64,000 nt of DNA from Candidatus Methanomethylicaceae archaeon (GTDB lineage Archaea; Thermoproteota; Methanomethylicia; Methanomethylicales; Methanomethylicaceae), in the NCBI GenBank assembly GCA_025057955.1, contig JANXER010000002.1, positions 5,391 through 69,390 on the forward strand, given 5' to 3'. Below are positions 37,615-47,583 of the stretch, piece after piece (position 1 is the first letter of the stretch; every line of letters begins with the position of its first letter). Below the pieces are notes generated by a model. It was not told the origin of the DNA, searched no databases, and saw only the letters and a list, made by a program, of their open reading frames with translations. A program made the translations under genes and the position numbers.

Positions 37615-38867
37615 TCTTCTCGTATAACAACCTCCTTATGAGAGAGAGGTTTGATAGCATTTAAATAATCTGGATGGGCGATTACTTCTATATAGGTTCC
37701 ATCATTATCATATTTAATAGAGGCTATATCGAATCTATTATTAATTAATCTTAATATAGATGATAGATCGCTAGATTTTGGTACAAATATCTTGATTTTT
37801 CTATAGTTTGGAAGTCTCAAAGAAATAGCATTGATTAATTCATTTATCCCTTCACCAGTAAGAGCTGAAATTTTTATTGGCTTAATTCCAATAGTATGAT
37901 TGACAATTTTTTCATACTCTTCCAAGCTGCTATTTGCAACATCTATTTTATTCATTACTGGTAATATGGAACCATTAAATATGCCTATGGAATTAAGTAT
38001 GGATATGGATGTATGTAATTTTCTAAGGAATTCATCTCTTGAATCTGAGGCATCTAATATTAGCAAAACTAAATCAGCTAAAGTTACCTCTTCTAAAGTT
38101 GAATAGAAGGCCTCAATTAACATTGGTGGGAGATCGTCTAAAAATCCCACAGTATCAGAGATTAATACCTTCCTTCCAGAAATTAACATTGCTCTAGTTG
38201 TTGTAGATAGAGTTGTAAATAACAAACTTCCAACCTGAAGATTCTCCTTTGTAAGACGATTGAATAGAGCAGTTTTTCCAGCAAAAGTATAACCAGTTAG
38301 AGCAATACTAAAGAGAGGATATCTGCTTCTACGATGCATGGATTTTCTTATTCTAATCTCCTCAAGCTTCTTTCTTAAATAAGATATTCTTCTCTTTATC
38401 ATGGATTCATATACATCTAAAGCATATTTTCCAAGCCCATGAAAACCAGGAAGTTCACCAAGTTTAGCTAATCTTATATTCTCTCTTATCATAGGCAGTT
38501 CATATTGAAGTTTTGCAAGTTCTATTTGATACTTTGCCTCTAAAGTTCCCGCTCTTTTTGTGAAAATTTCTAAAATTAATTGAAATCTATCTATAACTTC
38601 TATACCAAACAGCTTAGTTAAATTATATCTTTGTATTGGCTTAAGCTGATTGTAAAATATAACTTTAATGGGATTTAGTTCTTTTATTACCTTAGCAACC
38701 TCTCTAGCCTTTCCTTTACCCATACAAAAGGATGAATCAATAGGCCTATTTTGTTGAAAAGTTTTTATTACTTTATAACCGGCAGCCTCAGATAATGATA
38801 TAAGTTCATGTAATTTTGATGATTGCTTTCTATTTTTTACTTCAATAAGTACTACATTGCTATTTAT
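37602..38867 (-). CDS. hflX: GTPase HflX
   Basis: GKGK, G1-G4 GTPase motifs, HflX N-domain. The conserved N-terminal domain (..VVLIEVKN...LSEAAGYKVI..) extends upstream of the first ATG (38723) without a canonical start. Boundary approximate. Confidence 0.8.
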   Translation of the reverse strand: MNSNVVLIEVKNRKQSSKLHELISLSEAAGYKVIKTFQQNRPIDSSFCMGKGKAREVAKVIKELNPIKVIFYNQLKPIQRYNLTKLFGIEVIDRFQLILEIFTKRAGTLEAKYQIELAKLQYELPMIRENIRLAKLGELPGFHGLGKYALDVYESMIKRRISYLRKKLEEIRIRKSMHRRSRYPLFSIALTGYTFAGKTALFNRLTKENLQVGSLLFTTLSTTTRAMLISGRKVLISDTVGFLDDLPPMLIEAFYSTLEEVTLADLVLLILDASDSRDEFLRKLHTSISILNSIGIFNGSILPVMNKIDVANSSLEEYEKIVNHTIGIKPIKISALTGEGINELINAISLRLPNYRKIKIFVPKSSDLSSILRLINNRFDIASIKYDNDGTYIEVIAHPDYLNAIKPLSHKEVVIREELLS

Positions 38868-39315
38868 TTTGCTTGCCCTCCTTAACTATTGCAACATCAC
38901 CCAGGGTGAGATTGAAATTTGGTATTTTTTCCTCAATAACTTTTTCTACCTTCATCCTTAAAGAGATTTTCAATAGACGCTCAATTTTCAATAATAAATC
39001 TCGTGAAGGATACATCTCCTCACTTTCTATTCTCCTAATAACAGATTCCTTTTCCCCTAATTTTTTAGCAAATTCTTCTCTTGATATTCCAAGCTCTTCT
39101 CTCCTTTTCTTGATTATTTCACCAAAATTTTCTATAAGCTCCTCTTCTTCATCTTGAATTCTAGGAGGCTTTGGTATTTTCAAGCTTTTAACAGCTTTCT
39201 CTTTTCTTACAATTGTACCAAAACGTGAACATTTAGAACAAACTGTTAATATGGATTTATCAATCTCAATTTTTACTAGCTTAGAAATTTTTTGTCCGCA
39301 TATTTCACAATTCAT
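38860..39315 (-). CDS. Archaeal multiprotein bridging factor 1 (aMBF1): zinc ribbon plus HTH-XRE
   Basis: N-terminus CEICGQ...CSKC. Central HTH (ISREEFAKKLG). Confidence 0.8.
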   Translation of the reverse strand: MNCEICGQKISKLVKIEIDKSILTVCSKCSRFGTIVRKEKAVKSLKIPKPPRIQDEEEELIENFGEIIKKRREELGISREEFAKKLGEKESVIRRIESEEMYPSRDLLLKIERLLKISLRMKVEKVIEEKIPNFNLTLGDVAIVKEGKQNK

Positions 39316-39375
39316 AAAAGCACCTATTAATATTCTATTCTTAAGAGAAATATATGTAATTATGGGAAGGAGATT

Positions 39376-40533
39376 ATGAGCGCTGAGGATAATATACTAT
39401 TGAAGAAGCTTGAGGAGAGAATATCCACTTTGGAAAATGAAAGAAGGGAATGGCATTTTGAAAGGGATAGATTGCTTAGAGAGATACAGTTCTTAAGAGA
39501 GGAAATAGAGAGATTAATTAGTCCACCATATATTGAGGGTTATGTTACAGATATATTAGAGGATGGAAGAGCAATAGTAAAGAGCTCAACAGGTCCATCT
39601 CTTATAGTAAGTATTTCTAGGAATGTAGATATTAGTAAGCTAGTACCAGGAAAGAGGGTGGCATTAAGTCAGAGAAATTTTGCCATAGTAGAGCTTTTGC
39701 CAGACATAACCGATACTTATATAAAAGCTATGGAAGTTTTAGAAGCTCCAAAAGTAAGCTATGAAGAGATTGGAGGACTTCATGAGCAGATAAAGGAGTT
39801 AAGAGAGCTAATAGAAATACCCCTACTTAGACCAGATTTATTTGAAAAAGTAGGAATAGATCCACCAAAAGGAGTTCTTCTCTATGGTCCTCCTGGCTGT
39901 GGAAAAACGCTACTTGCAAAGGCTGTTGCTAGTCAGACTAGAGCAACTTTTATAAAAGTTGTAGCCTCTGAACTAGTTCAAAAATATATAGGAGAAGGAG
40001 CAAGACTTGTTAGAGAATTATTTCAATTTGCAAAATCAAAAGCGCCATCAATAATTTTCATTGATGAAATAGATGCCATAGGAGGAAGAAGAATCGATTT
40101 AGGTGTTAGTGGTGAGAGAGAGGTTTATAGAACAATGCTTCAATTATTAAGCGAAATGGATGGATTCAATCCAAGAGGAGATGTTAAAATTATTGGAGCA
40201 ACTAATAGAATAGATCTTCTAGATCCTGCGCTCCTTAGACCGGGGAGATTTGATAGAATCATAGAAGTTCCAGCTCCAAATATGCAAGGAAGAGAGGAAA
40301 TTTTCCGAATACATACATCTAAGATGAATTTAAAGGAGGTTAATTTAAGCGAACTTGCAAGAATTACAGAAGGAGCTACTGGAGCACAAATAAAGGCCAT
40401 ATGTACGGAGGCAGGTATGTTCGCTATTAGAGAGGGAAGAGACTATGTTGTTAGAGAAGATTTCATTAAATCAATAGATAAAATCTTGAAAAAAGGAGGA
40501 ATTAAAATTGTACAAAGTGGAACCTATTTATGA
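39376..40533 (+). CDS. pan: Proteasome-activating nucleotidase PAN (AAA+ ATPase)
   Basis: Coiled-coil N-terminus, Walker A GPPGCGKT, second region of homology. Confidence 0.9.
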   Translation: MSAEDNILLKKLEERISTLENERREWHFERDRLLREIQFLREEIERLISPPYIEGYVTDILEDGRAIVKSSTGPSLIVSISRNVDISKLVPGKRVALSQRNFAIVELLPDITDTYIKAMEVLEAPKVSYEEIGGLHEQIKELRELIEIPLLRPDLFEKVGIDPPKGVLLYGPPGCGKTLLAKAVASQTRATFIKVVASELVQKYIGEGARLVRELFQFAKSKAPSIIFIDEIDAIGGRRIDLGVSGEREVYRTMLQLLSEMDGFNPRGDVKIIGATNRIDLLDPALLRPGRFDRIIEVPAPNMQGREEIFRIHTSKMNLKEVNLSELARITEGATGAQIKAICTEAGMFAIREGRDYVVREDFIKSIDKILKKGGIKIVQSGTYL

Positions 40534-41020
40534 GTTAATAACAAAGGAGGAATTGATAAGAATCAGAGCAGTTGCAAACATTCAATTTGGAAGAGGCTGT
40601 GGAAAGGTGCTATTTCCGGAGGATGAACTTATGGTTACTAGATCTAAAAGGACTGGGAAAGTCAAAAATATATATCATAATGGAAAATTGATTGCAACTT
40701 TAAGGCCAAGGGATGGATTTCTTGCCCTCAGCTTAGAAGGAGCTAGAAGGCTTGCCTCTTTTCTTCCAAATGATAAATACAAAGTTATTGTAAAGGATGA
40801 GGCTGTGGAATTCGTAAAAAAAGGAAGAAATCTTTTCTCTAAACATGTAATAAGTTGTGATAAAGAAATAAGACCAGGAGAGGAAGTTATAGTAATGGAT
40901 TGTAGAGGAAATGTTATAGCAGTAGGCAAAGCAATATTAAATGGAAAGGAAATGGGAAGGTTCATGAATGGAATAGCAGTTAAAATTAGGAGTGGTATAG
41001 ATGAAGAAAATGAGTCCTAG
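40508..41020 (+). CDS. PUA-domain protein
   Basis: 170 aa with a C-terminal PUA-like pattern. Overlaps the PAN 3' end by 26 nt. Confidence 0.55.
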   Translation: MYKVEPIYELITKEELIRIRAVANIQFGRGCGKVLFPEDELMVTRSKRTGKVKNIYHNGKLIATLRPRDGFLALSLEGARRLASFLPNDKYKVIVKDEAVEFVKKGRNLFSKHVISCDKEIRPGEEVIVMDCRGNVIAVGKAILNGKEMGRFMNGIAVKIRSGIDEENES

Positions 41021-41354
41021 GGAAATTAGAAGATTAATGCAAAGAATGGGAATGGAGCTTGAAGAGATGCAAGGGGTGGAGAAAGTAGTCATAATAATGA
41101 GTGGAAAAAATATAGTAATTCAAAGTCCACAGATAATGGTAATGAAGATAGGAGGACAAAAGGTCTATCAAATTACTGGAGAGGAGAAGGAGGAACAAGT
41201 AAAGATGGAAATAAAGATGGAAATACCCGAGGAGGATGTTCAATTAGTAGCATCACAAACAGGGGTAAGCATGGAAGAAGCAAGAAGAGCACTTGAAGCT
41301 ACAAAGGGAGATTTGGCACAAGCCATAATTCTATTAACTTCAAAAAGCTCTTAA
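41001..41354 (+). CDS. Nascent polypeptide-associated complex alpha subunit (NAC + UBA)
   Basis: NAC domain and C-terminal UBA (EEDVQLVASQTGVSMEEARRALEATKGDLAQAI). Confidence 0.8.
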   Translation: MKKMSPREIRRLMQRMGMELEEMQGVEKVVIIMSGKNIVIQSPQIMVMKIGGQKVYQITGEEKEEQVKMEIKMEIPEEDVQLVASQTGVSMEEARRALEATKGDLAQAIILLTSKSS

Positions 41355-43630
41355 AGAATATAGTGAATCGCTGAAGTAGCAAAATCTCTTTCCTCAGTGG
41401 TCCAAAAGATTGAAGGTTTAATCTTTCCAAAAACCTTGGTATACAACATTAATTTTTCTCCATCATATTCACATGATGGGCATTTAGAATAGAAGCCATA
41501 TGATATTTGCCTACATCTAGGACAATAAACATAATTCCTCGTAAAAGTAAACAATCCAATTTCTAAGGTTTCAATAATTCTTTTAACATAATTTGCAAAT
41601 ACTTCTTCCGTAGGAGCTGGTTCCTCCAATCTGAAGTCGAATAGATGTCCTCCTCTTGTTAATTTTTGAAATTCCTCCTCTATTTTTAACCTCTTTTTGA
41701 GCTCTATTGCAATATTTAGTGGTAGATTTGAATATTCAGTATAATATTTAAATTCCCTAGACTTAATATAACCGCTCTTAATATCCAAATCAGTCAATCT
41801 CTTTGAAACAGGTTCAAATGTTATACTTGAAGGAAATATTTTCATTTTTATTTTATTGGAATATTGATTAATTAAATTCATAATACTTTTTGCTAAATTT
41901 AATGAATCATTATTTTCCCATATATCATTGCCAGTGTGATATTTTATTGCCTCTGGTAAACCTATATAGCTTATAATTCCCAATGATTCATTTAATCTAA
42001 GATAGCTACTACCATCAACTTTCTCTCTAAATAGAGGAGCTAAATTGTTAGAAAATATACGCTCTTCCATTACTTGCCTTTTAATATTTAAAGCTTCAAT
42101 TGATAGTTCAATAAGCTCAGAAAGTCTCTCCTTCAGCTTATCATCATCTCCCTTAGCTTCATAGACTACTCTAGGCAAGTTTATAGTTATATTATCCAAA
42201 ATGCTAACCCTAAGCGTACTACGTTCCCAATCCTTTGAATTTGTTTCAATTCTAGATAAATCCAGATTATATACTGCATTATCAGTTTGCCATTGTGCTT
42301 CTTGATTTATAAAATAGATATTTCCAAATTTCCTCAATAGACTATAAATTTTCATTAAGCATTCTTGTGTTTCACTTAATATCAAACCCTTTTTCCTAAT
42401 CTTTATAAAGAGTGCAGGATTGAGTAATGGTTTTGAAATTCCATCAGTTTCCATTAGTGCTTCAACTAATGCTTCAAGTATTATTAAAGACTCTTTAAAG
42501 AAATCTCCATAAACATATTTATTTCCATCTGGCCCAATGAATTTCATATTTTCAAGAAAGTTTGGTACTCCAAGCTCTAAATCCAATGCCACGCGATATC
42601 TATGAGAGCCATTCAACAATAAATTAAGATAGAATATAAATTCTTTAATAGTTTTAACAACTTCCTCTTTTTGTAAACCTTTGATAAATGGCGCAAGAAA
42701 AACATTAAAAAGAGGGATTGATTGAGAAGTAGAAATATAATTGAGCGAATTCTTCAATAGAGAAGTTATAATGAGAAGGGCTCCTTTTAAGCTTGTGGAA
42801 GGCCTTGGATAGGGAAGTATTAAGCCACTTCCATCTGGATAAATCTTTCCATTAATGAAGGGCCTTATATCATGGAAAATATTTGCTGGTCTTAGAACCC
42901 AATAATTTGCATTATTTATATGAATGGCTCCACTTAGGTGTGCATCTGCAATAGTTCTTGGAATTACTTTCAAGAGCATATATTCCTCAAATACAGCATC
43001 TCCAGCTGTTGAATGTACAGCCTCTGGTGATGGATTTCCATGAAGGGCTGCATTTTTTATTGTTTGAGTAACATCATATACTGGTTGACCAAGCCTAGTA
43101 AGTACATGTCTATATTCCTCCAAACCCCTCTCAAGAAGTATGGCATTAACAAATTCTCTAATAAGAGCCGCAGTAAGATAGTGAATTTGAGATTTCTTTA
43201 ATCGTTCCTCCGCCTCCTTTGATATTACATCAGCCAGTCTTCTTGGCATATTTGCCTCACGAACTAATGCTTCAACTATTTTTCTTCTATCAAAGGGCTC
43301 TATAGTGAGTCTAGAAGTCCTTACAAGCATTTCATTCTTTTTTCTTCTCATAATATCTTCAATGCTATATACTAGATTAGAGACCTCCTGCCCTAGTGGA
43401 GTTAAATAATATTTTCCCGTGGTTTCATCTGATTTCACTAAATCAGCTTCAATCAACATTCTTAAATGATAGCCAAATTTTCCAGCATGTACTTTTGGAT
43501 CCATTTGAAGCTTTTCCATTATCTCAGTAAATGAAAGAGGGCCCTCTCTATTTATCAATTTAAGAACTTCTACTCTTATCTCATTTGAGATTGATGATAG
43601 TATAAACTCTAATGATCCTTCAAATTTCAA
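41351..43630 (-). CDS. NrdD (class III ribonucleotide reductase)-family homologue, apparently non-catalytic, with N-terminal wHTH and ATP-cone and C-terminal zinc ribbon
   Basis: 759 aa. ATP-cone (MLVRTSRLTIEPFDRRKIVEAL...). NrdD-like motifs SGAIHINNANYW, INLPRVV, SLGIISYIGLPE. Zinc ribbon CPRC..CPSC. Only one Cys outside the ribbon and no RxxGY glycyl-radical motif. Confidence 0.5.
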   Translation of the reverse strand: MKFEGSLEFILSSISNEIRVEVLKLINREGPLSFTEIMEKLQMDPKVHAGKFGYHLRMLIEADLVKSDETTGKYYLTPLGQEVSNLVYSIEDIMRRKKNEMLVRTSRLTIEPFDRRKIVEALVREANMPRRLADVISKEAEERLKKSQIHYLTAALIREFVNAILLERGLEEYRHVLTRLGQPVYDVTQTIKNAALHGNPSPEAVHSTAGDAVFEEYMLLKVIPRTIADAHLSGAIHINNANYWVLRPANIFHDIRPFINGKIYPDGSGLILPYPRPSTSLKGALLIITSLLKNSLNYISTSQSIPLFNVFLAPFIKGLQKEEVVKTIKEFIFYLNLLLNGSHRYRVALDLELGVPNFLENMKFIGPDGNKYVYGDFFKESLIILEALVEALMETDGISKPLLNPALFIKIRKKGLILSETQECLMKIYSLLRKFGNIYFINQEAQWQTDNAVYNLDLSRIETNSKDWERSTLRVSILDNITINLPRVVYEAKGDDDKLKERLSELIELSIEALNIKRQVMEERIFSNNLAPLFREKVDGSSYLRLNESLGIISYIGLPEAIKYHTGNDIWENNDSLNLAKSIMNLINQYSNKIKMKIFPSSITFEPVSKRLTDLDIKSGYIKSREFKYYTEYSNLPLNIAIELKKRLKIEEEFQKLTRGGHLFDFRLEEPAPTEEVFANYVKRIIETLEIGLFTFTRNYVYCPRCRQISYGFYSKCPSCEYDGEKLMLYTKVFGKIKPSIFWTTEERDFATSAIHYIL

Positions 43631-43657
43631 TTCTCACACCAAAAACAAATTAGAGGA

Positions 43658-44059
43658 CTAAAATTTTAGATATTTTGGTCTAAATTTAATTCCATATTGT
43701 ATTATTCCAGAGTCTCCATCTTCAGAAATTCTTCTGAATGTTTGTTCAAGTTCCATGCCAATTTTTATTTCATCAATATCTACATCAGTTATTTGAGTTA
43801 ATAGTTTTGTTCCATCCTCAAGTTCCACTAAACCAATAACATAGGGTGTTGTTTTCTCAAAGCCGGTTGGAGGATTTCTAATTATGCTAAAGGATAGAAG
43901 TATTCCTCTTTGCGGTAAATAGTATTTTTCAAATTCCGAGGCCCCACATTTATAACATTTAGTTCTTGGAGGATAATTTACATAATTACATAGCTTACAT
44001 TTCCTTGCCTCAAGTCTTATTCTATATGGCATTTCCCTCCAATATCTTGGAACTGACAT
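43658..44059 (-). CDS. DUF35 OB-fold / zinc-ribbon protein, the thiolase-HMGCS scaffold subunit
   Basis: CKLCNYVNYPPRTKCYKCG zinc ribbon plus OB-fold. Directly downstream of thiolase. Confidence 0.75.
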   Translation of the reverse strand: MSVPRYWREMPYRIRLEARKCKLCNYVNYPPRTKCYKCGASEFEKYYLPQRGILLSFSIIRNPPTGFEKTTPYVIGLVELEDGTKLLTQITDVDIDEIKIGMELEQTFRRISEDGDSGIIQYGIKFRPKYLKF

Positions 44060-45225
44060 TATCTTGCCCTCCTCATTATACTAACATACACATTCGATCC
44101 TACTCCACCCATATTATGGGTTAATCCTATTTCTGAATTAGGCACTTGCATTTTACCAGCTTCTTCAAGCAATTGCATGGTTATTTCTGCAGCTTGATAT
44201 ACCCCAGTGGCACCAACTGGATGTCCTCTTGATTTCAATCCACCACTTGGATTAACTGCTACAATTCCTCCTGGTTCAAATGCCCCTTCATTGAGCAATT
44301 TATCAAATTTTCCCCTTTCACAAAATCCAAGATCCTCTAATGAAATTGCTGCAGTAATAGTAAATGTATCATGTATTTCTACTATATCAACATCTGCTGG
44401 AGTTATCCTAGCCATTTTATAGGCATTATTTGCTGCAGTAATAGTAGCTCTTAAGGAGAGTAAATCATCCCTTGAACCTAAGTTAATTGTATCACTAGCA
44501 CCAGCAATTCCCATGATTTCAACAAAACTATCACTATATTTTGAAGCTACTTCCAAAGGACATAAGATAACAACAGCTGCACCATCACCAATAGGAGCAC
44601 AATCGTATAGTCTTATTGGATCAGCTATAAACTCAGAATTAAGCGCAATTTCTCTATTTATTTCAAATGGTAATTGAGCGTAAGGATTTTTCGAGCCATT
44701 CCTATGCATTAATACTGCGAAATCTGCAAAAGCCTCCCTTGGAGTACCATAAACATGCATATATCTATTCATAAGCAATGCATTTAAACTTGCAAATGTT
44801 GCTCCATAGAATAATTCATATTCTGCATCAGCAGCCTTGCCAAGGGAGAATGTTGCCATTTTTCCTATATTGTCTGTTAATTTCTCAACTCCTCCCACCA
44901 TAACTACTTCAAACATTCCAGATGAAACCAAGGAAAAGCCAGTGAGTAGTGCTGCTCCACCTGATCCACAAGCAGCTTCAACTCTATATGCAGTAATTGG
45001 CGTTAATCCAAGCTCATCTGCTACAATTGTTCCAATATTATTTTGATCTGATAAATCGGAGGCACACATATTGCTAACAATAATAGCATCTATCTTTGGA
45101 ATATTTACTTTATTCATAGCCATTAAAGCAGCTTCTCCAAATAAGCGCCTTAAAGATTTATCCCAATGTTTATCCACCTTTGTCATTCCATAGCTTATTA
45201 TAGCCACTCTTTTCAAGAGATTCAC
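44059..45225 (-). CDS. Acetyl-CoA C-acetyltransferase (archaeal thiolase)
   Basis: 388 aa with thiolase active-site regions. Confidence 0.85.
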   Translation of the reverse strand: MNLLKRVAIISYGMTKVDKHWDKSLRRLFGEAALMAMNKVNIPKIDAIIVSNMCASDLSDQNNIGTIVADELGLTPITAYRVEAACGSGGAALLTGFSLVSSGMFEVVMVGGVEKLTDNIGKMATFSLGKAADAEYELFYGATFASLNALLMNRYMHVYGTPREAFADFAVLMHRNGSKNPYAQLPFEINREIALNSEFIADPIRLYDCAPIGDGAAVVILCPLEVASKYSDSFVEIMGIAGASDTINLGSRDDLLSLRATITAANNAYKMARITPADVDIVEIHDTFTITAAISLEDLGFCERGKFDKLLNEGAFEPGGIVAVNPSGGLKSRGHPVGATGVYQAAEITMQLLEEAGKMQVPNSEIGLTHNMGGVGSNVYVSIMRRAR

Positions 45226-45226
45226 C

Positions 45227-46294
45227 TCAAATTTTCCTTCTTAATTTACAATAGAGGGCATAATCGATAATCTTCTTATGTTTTATATAGTCGAATACTT
45301 TAGGAGCATTATCTCGCTTTGCTAATATTCCATTTTCCACAATAAAGCTGAAGGCATCACTTCCAGCACCAGAGCCATAGCTTGTGAGCAATATTCTATC
45401 TCCTGGCATTGCTAAATCCAATATAGCAGAAAAGCCAGTAAGTGAAGAACCAGAATATAAATTTCCAACATAGGGTACAATTAAACCTGGCTCAATTTGC
45501 TCTTTCTTAAAACCTAAAATTCTAGCGGCTCTTATTGGAAATTTTCCATTAGGTTGATGAAATACCACATACTTAAAATCCGATGGTCTTAATGAGAGCT
45601 CTTCCATTAATAATTTTGTGGCTGAAATTACATGTCTAAAGTATGCAGGATCTCCTGTAAATGCTTCTGCATGGCTAGGATAGTCCTTTTTCGGCCTTCT
45701 CCAAAAATCAGGAGTATCGCTTACAAAGGAAGTGGATCCTTCAAGAAGAGCCACGGGTTCTCTCTCTTGATTTCTACTTGCAACTATTATTGCTGTTCCA
45801 CCGCTGCCTGCAGAATATTCCAATGGATCTGATGGAGCTCCTTCAGCAATATCAGCTCCAATAGCCATTCCATATTTTATCATATTTGAGCCAACAAGAG
45901 CTATACAACATTGAAGACATTCCGTACCAGCTTTACATGCAAATTCAAAATCCGCAGCTAATATTTTCTTAGAAGCACCAATAGCCTCTGCAACAATCGT
46001 TCCAGTTGGCTTAACAGCATAGGGCTTAGATTCTGTTCCAACAAATATAGCTCCAATTTCCTCAGGATTTATTTTAGCTCTAAGTAGAGCATTTTTAGCA
46101 GCCTCCACTGAAATTGTAGCCACATCTTCATCCAATCCTGCTACTGCTTTTTCATCAATTAGAAGATCTCTCTTGAAATGATCTGAGGAAGCTCCCCAAA
46201 CTCTAGCAATTTCTTCCACTGGTAATCTATAAATAGGAATATAAGAGCCCCAACCAGATATTACAACATCAATTATTGGCCTCATTAAAATCAC
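45227..46294 (-). CDS. Hydroxymethylglutaryl-CoA synthase
   Basis: 355 aa. Archaeal HMGCS pattern. Operonic with thiolase and DUF35. Confidence 0.85.
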   Translation of the reverse strand: MILMRPIIDVVISGWGSYIPIYRLPVEEIARVWGASSDHFKRDLLIDEKAVAGLDEDVATISVEAAKNALLRAKINPEEIGAIFVGTESKPYAVKPTGTIVAEAIGASKKILAADFEFACKAGTECLQCCIALVGSNMIKYGMAIGADIAEGAPSDPLEYSAGSGGTAIIVASRNQEREPVALLEGSTSFVSDTPDFWRRPKKDYPSHAEAFTGDPAYFRHVISATKLLMEELSLRPSDFKYVVFHQPNGKFPIRAARILGFKKEQIEPGLIVPYVGNLYSGSSLTGFSAILDLAMPGDRILLTSYGSGAGSDAFSFIVENGILAKRDNAPKVFDYIKHKKIIDYALYCKLRRKI

Positions 46295-46362
46295 TTTTTA
46301 ATCGGCTATCTATTTTAATTTTTCGTTTTTTGACTATTTTTTAAACGACAAAAAACGAAAAA

Positions 46363-47070
46363 TCAAGTTTTAACAAAGTTATGAAGAGATTTGATTAAAT
46401 TCTCTAAGCTCTCTTTCCTTGAAATAATTAAAGGTATTTTTTCCAAATTAGCAAGATCAATAGCAAGTCTATCCAAATTCTTTACACCATGAAGTACAAC
46501 TGCAGCTGGTTTTAGTGGAGTAACTCTTATAGCAACCATCGGTGATCTTCCAGTGGTGGTATTAGTAAATATTAAAGCTCTTTCGCTTGTTGAGCCAATA
46601 AGTTGTAAAAATTCTGAGCCAGACATGGAGATTATTGCTTTTATGCTATCTATGATGGTATATCCAAATATTAGCTTTGATGAAGCATGCTTACAAGTTA
46701 TTAGCTCACCATCTAAAGCATCAATAAGTTCCTTCAATGTAATTGGTATGGGGAATTCTCTTAAATCCAATACTGCTTCTGAATAAGATCTAGAGAAGGG
46801 TGAGAAACGCTTGATTATTTTAGCTCCTTTTTCTTCATCCAATTCCAAAAGAGCTTTAACAAAACGCTTTATGAATATAGCACCAGGAGATTTGCGCCTT
46901 CCTCCTTCATAATCACTTATTACTGAAGGAGATATACCAAGCTTTTCTGCTAATTCTAATTGAGTTACTTCAAAAATTTCTCTCCATCGACGCATAGTAT
47001 GCCCTGGAGAATCTGACAGAATTATCTCCCCAACAATTCTTTTCATTATATAATCCTTAACGGACTCCAA
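46363..47070 (-). CDS. HTH-XRE transcriptional regulator with C-terminal COG1395-like domain
   Basis: HTH (VTQLELAEKLGISPSVISDYEGG). Confidence 0.55.
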   Translation of the reverse strand: MESVKDYIMKRIVGEIILSDSPGHTMRRWREIFEVTQLELAEKLGISPSVISDYEGGRRKSPGAIFIKRFVKALLELDEEKGAKIIKRFSPFSRSYSEAVLDLREFPIPITLKELIDALDGELITCKHASSKLIFGYTIIDSIKAIISMSGSEFLQLIGSTSERALIFTNTTTGRSPMVAIRVTPLKPAAVVLHGVKNLDRLAIDLANLEKIPLIISRKESLENLIKSLHNFVKT

Positions 47071-47134
47071 AAATATTTAACCTCGCTATTTCGATCTTCA
47101 AGTAAGAATATTAAAAATCTCCATATTTAAAAGT

Positions 47135-47209
47135 GGGGCTGTAGGCTAGCTTGGTCTAGACTGCGAGGCTCGGGCCCTCGTGACCCCGGTTCAAATCCGG
47201 GCAGCCCCA
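47135..47209 (+). tRNA. tRNA-Pro(CGG), D-arm irregular
   Basis: Acceptor GGGGCTG/CAGCCCC. Anticodon arm CGAGG-CTCGGGC-CCTCG. T arm CCCGG-TTCAAAT-CCGGG. The D region has one extra nucleotide and a G.A pair. Confidence 0.75.
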
Positions 47210-47511
47210 TCAAAGAGGGGCATAAATTCATGGAAAGAAATTATTTGAATCTCGAGGATTGTATGAAATATATAATGGAAAAGTATACAAATTGCTCAAG
47301 CAATGATCTATCATTAAATAAGTCTCTTCATTTTAGCATAGCCAAATATAGTGAATATAGCGTGTACTATATAGCGTGCTATAGAGAAAATAGAATTACT
47401 ATGACAAAGCTTGCCACTGAACATTAGTTCTAATTTGGTTTGTAGATAACCCTACGTGCTATCTCCTCATATATCGGTTATATCTACATTATAATAACAT
47501 GAGAGCGAAAT

Positions 47512-47541
47512 ATTAATGTTCAATCTATTAATGTTCAATCT
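47512..47541. repeat. Perfect 15-nt tandem duplication (ATTAATGTTCAATCT x2) downstream of the tungstate/molybdate ABC operon
   Basis: Seen in the sequence. Confidence 0.6.
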
Positions 47542-47583
47542 CTGAAAATATTATAATAAAAAACCCTACCTAAAATAGAGTAA

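Noticed and set aside
41351-43630. Calling this gene a functional anaerobic ribonucleotide reductase
   Set aside because: Radical chemistry is impossible with only one Cys outside the zinc ribbon and no glycyl-radical motif. It is kept as a non-catalytic NrdD-like regulator candidate instead.
47230-47427. 65-aa ORF after tRNA-Pro
   Set aside because: No family resemblance and odd composition (MERNYLNLEDCMKYIMEKYTNCSSNDLSL...). It could be real but there is no support.
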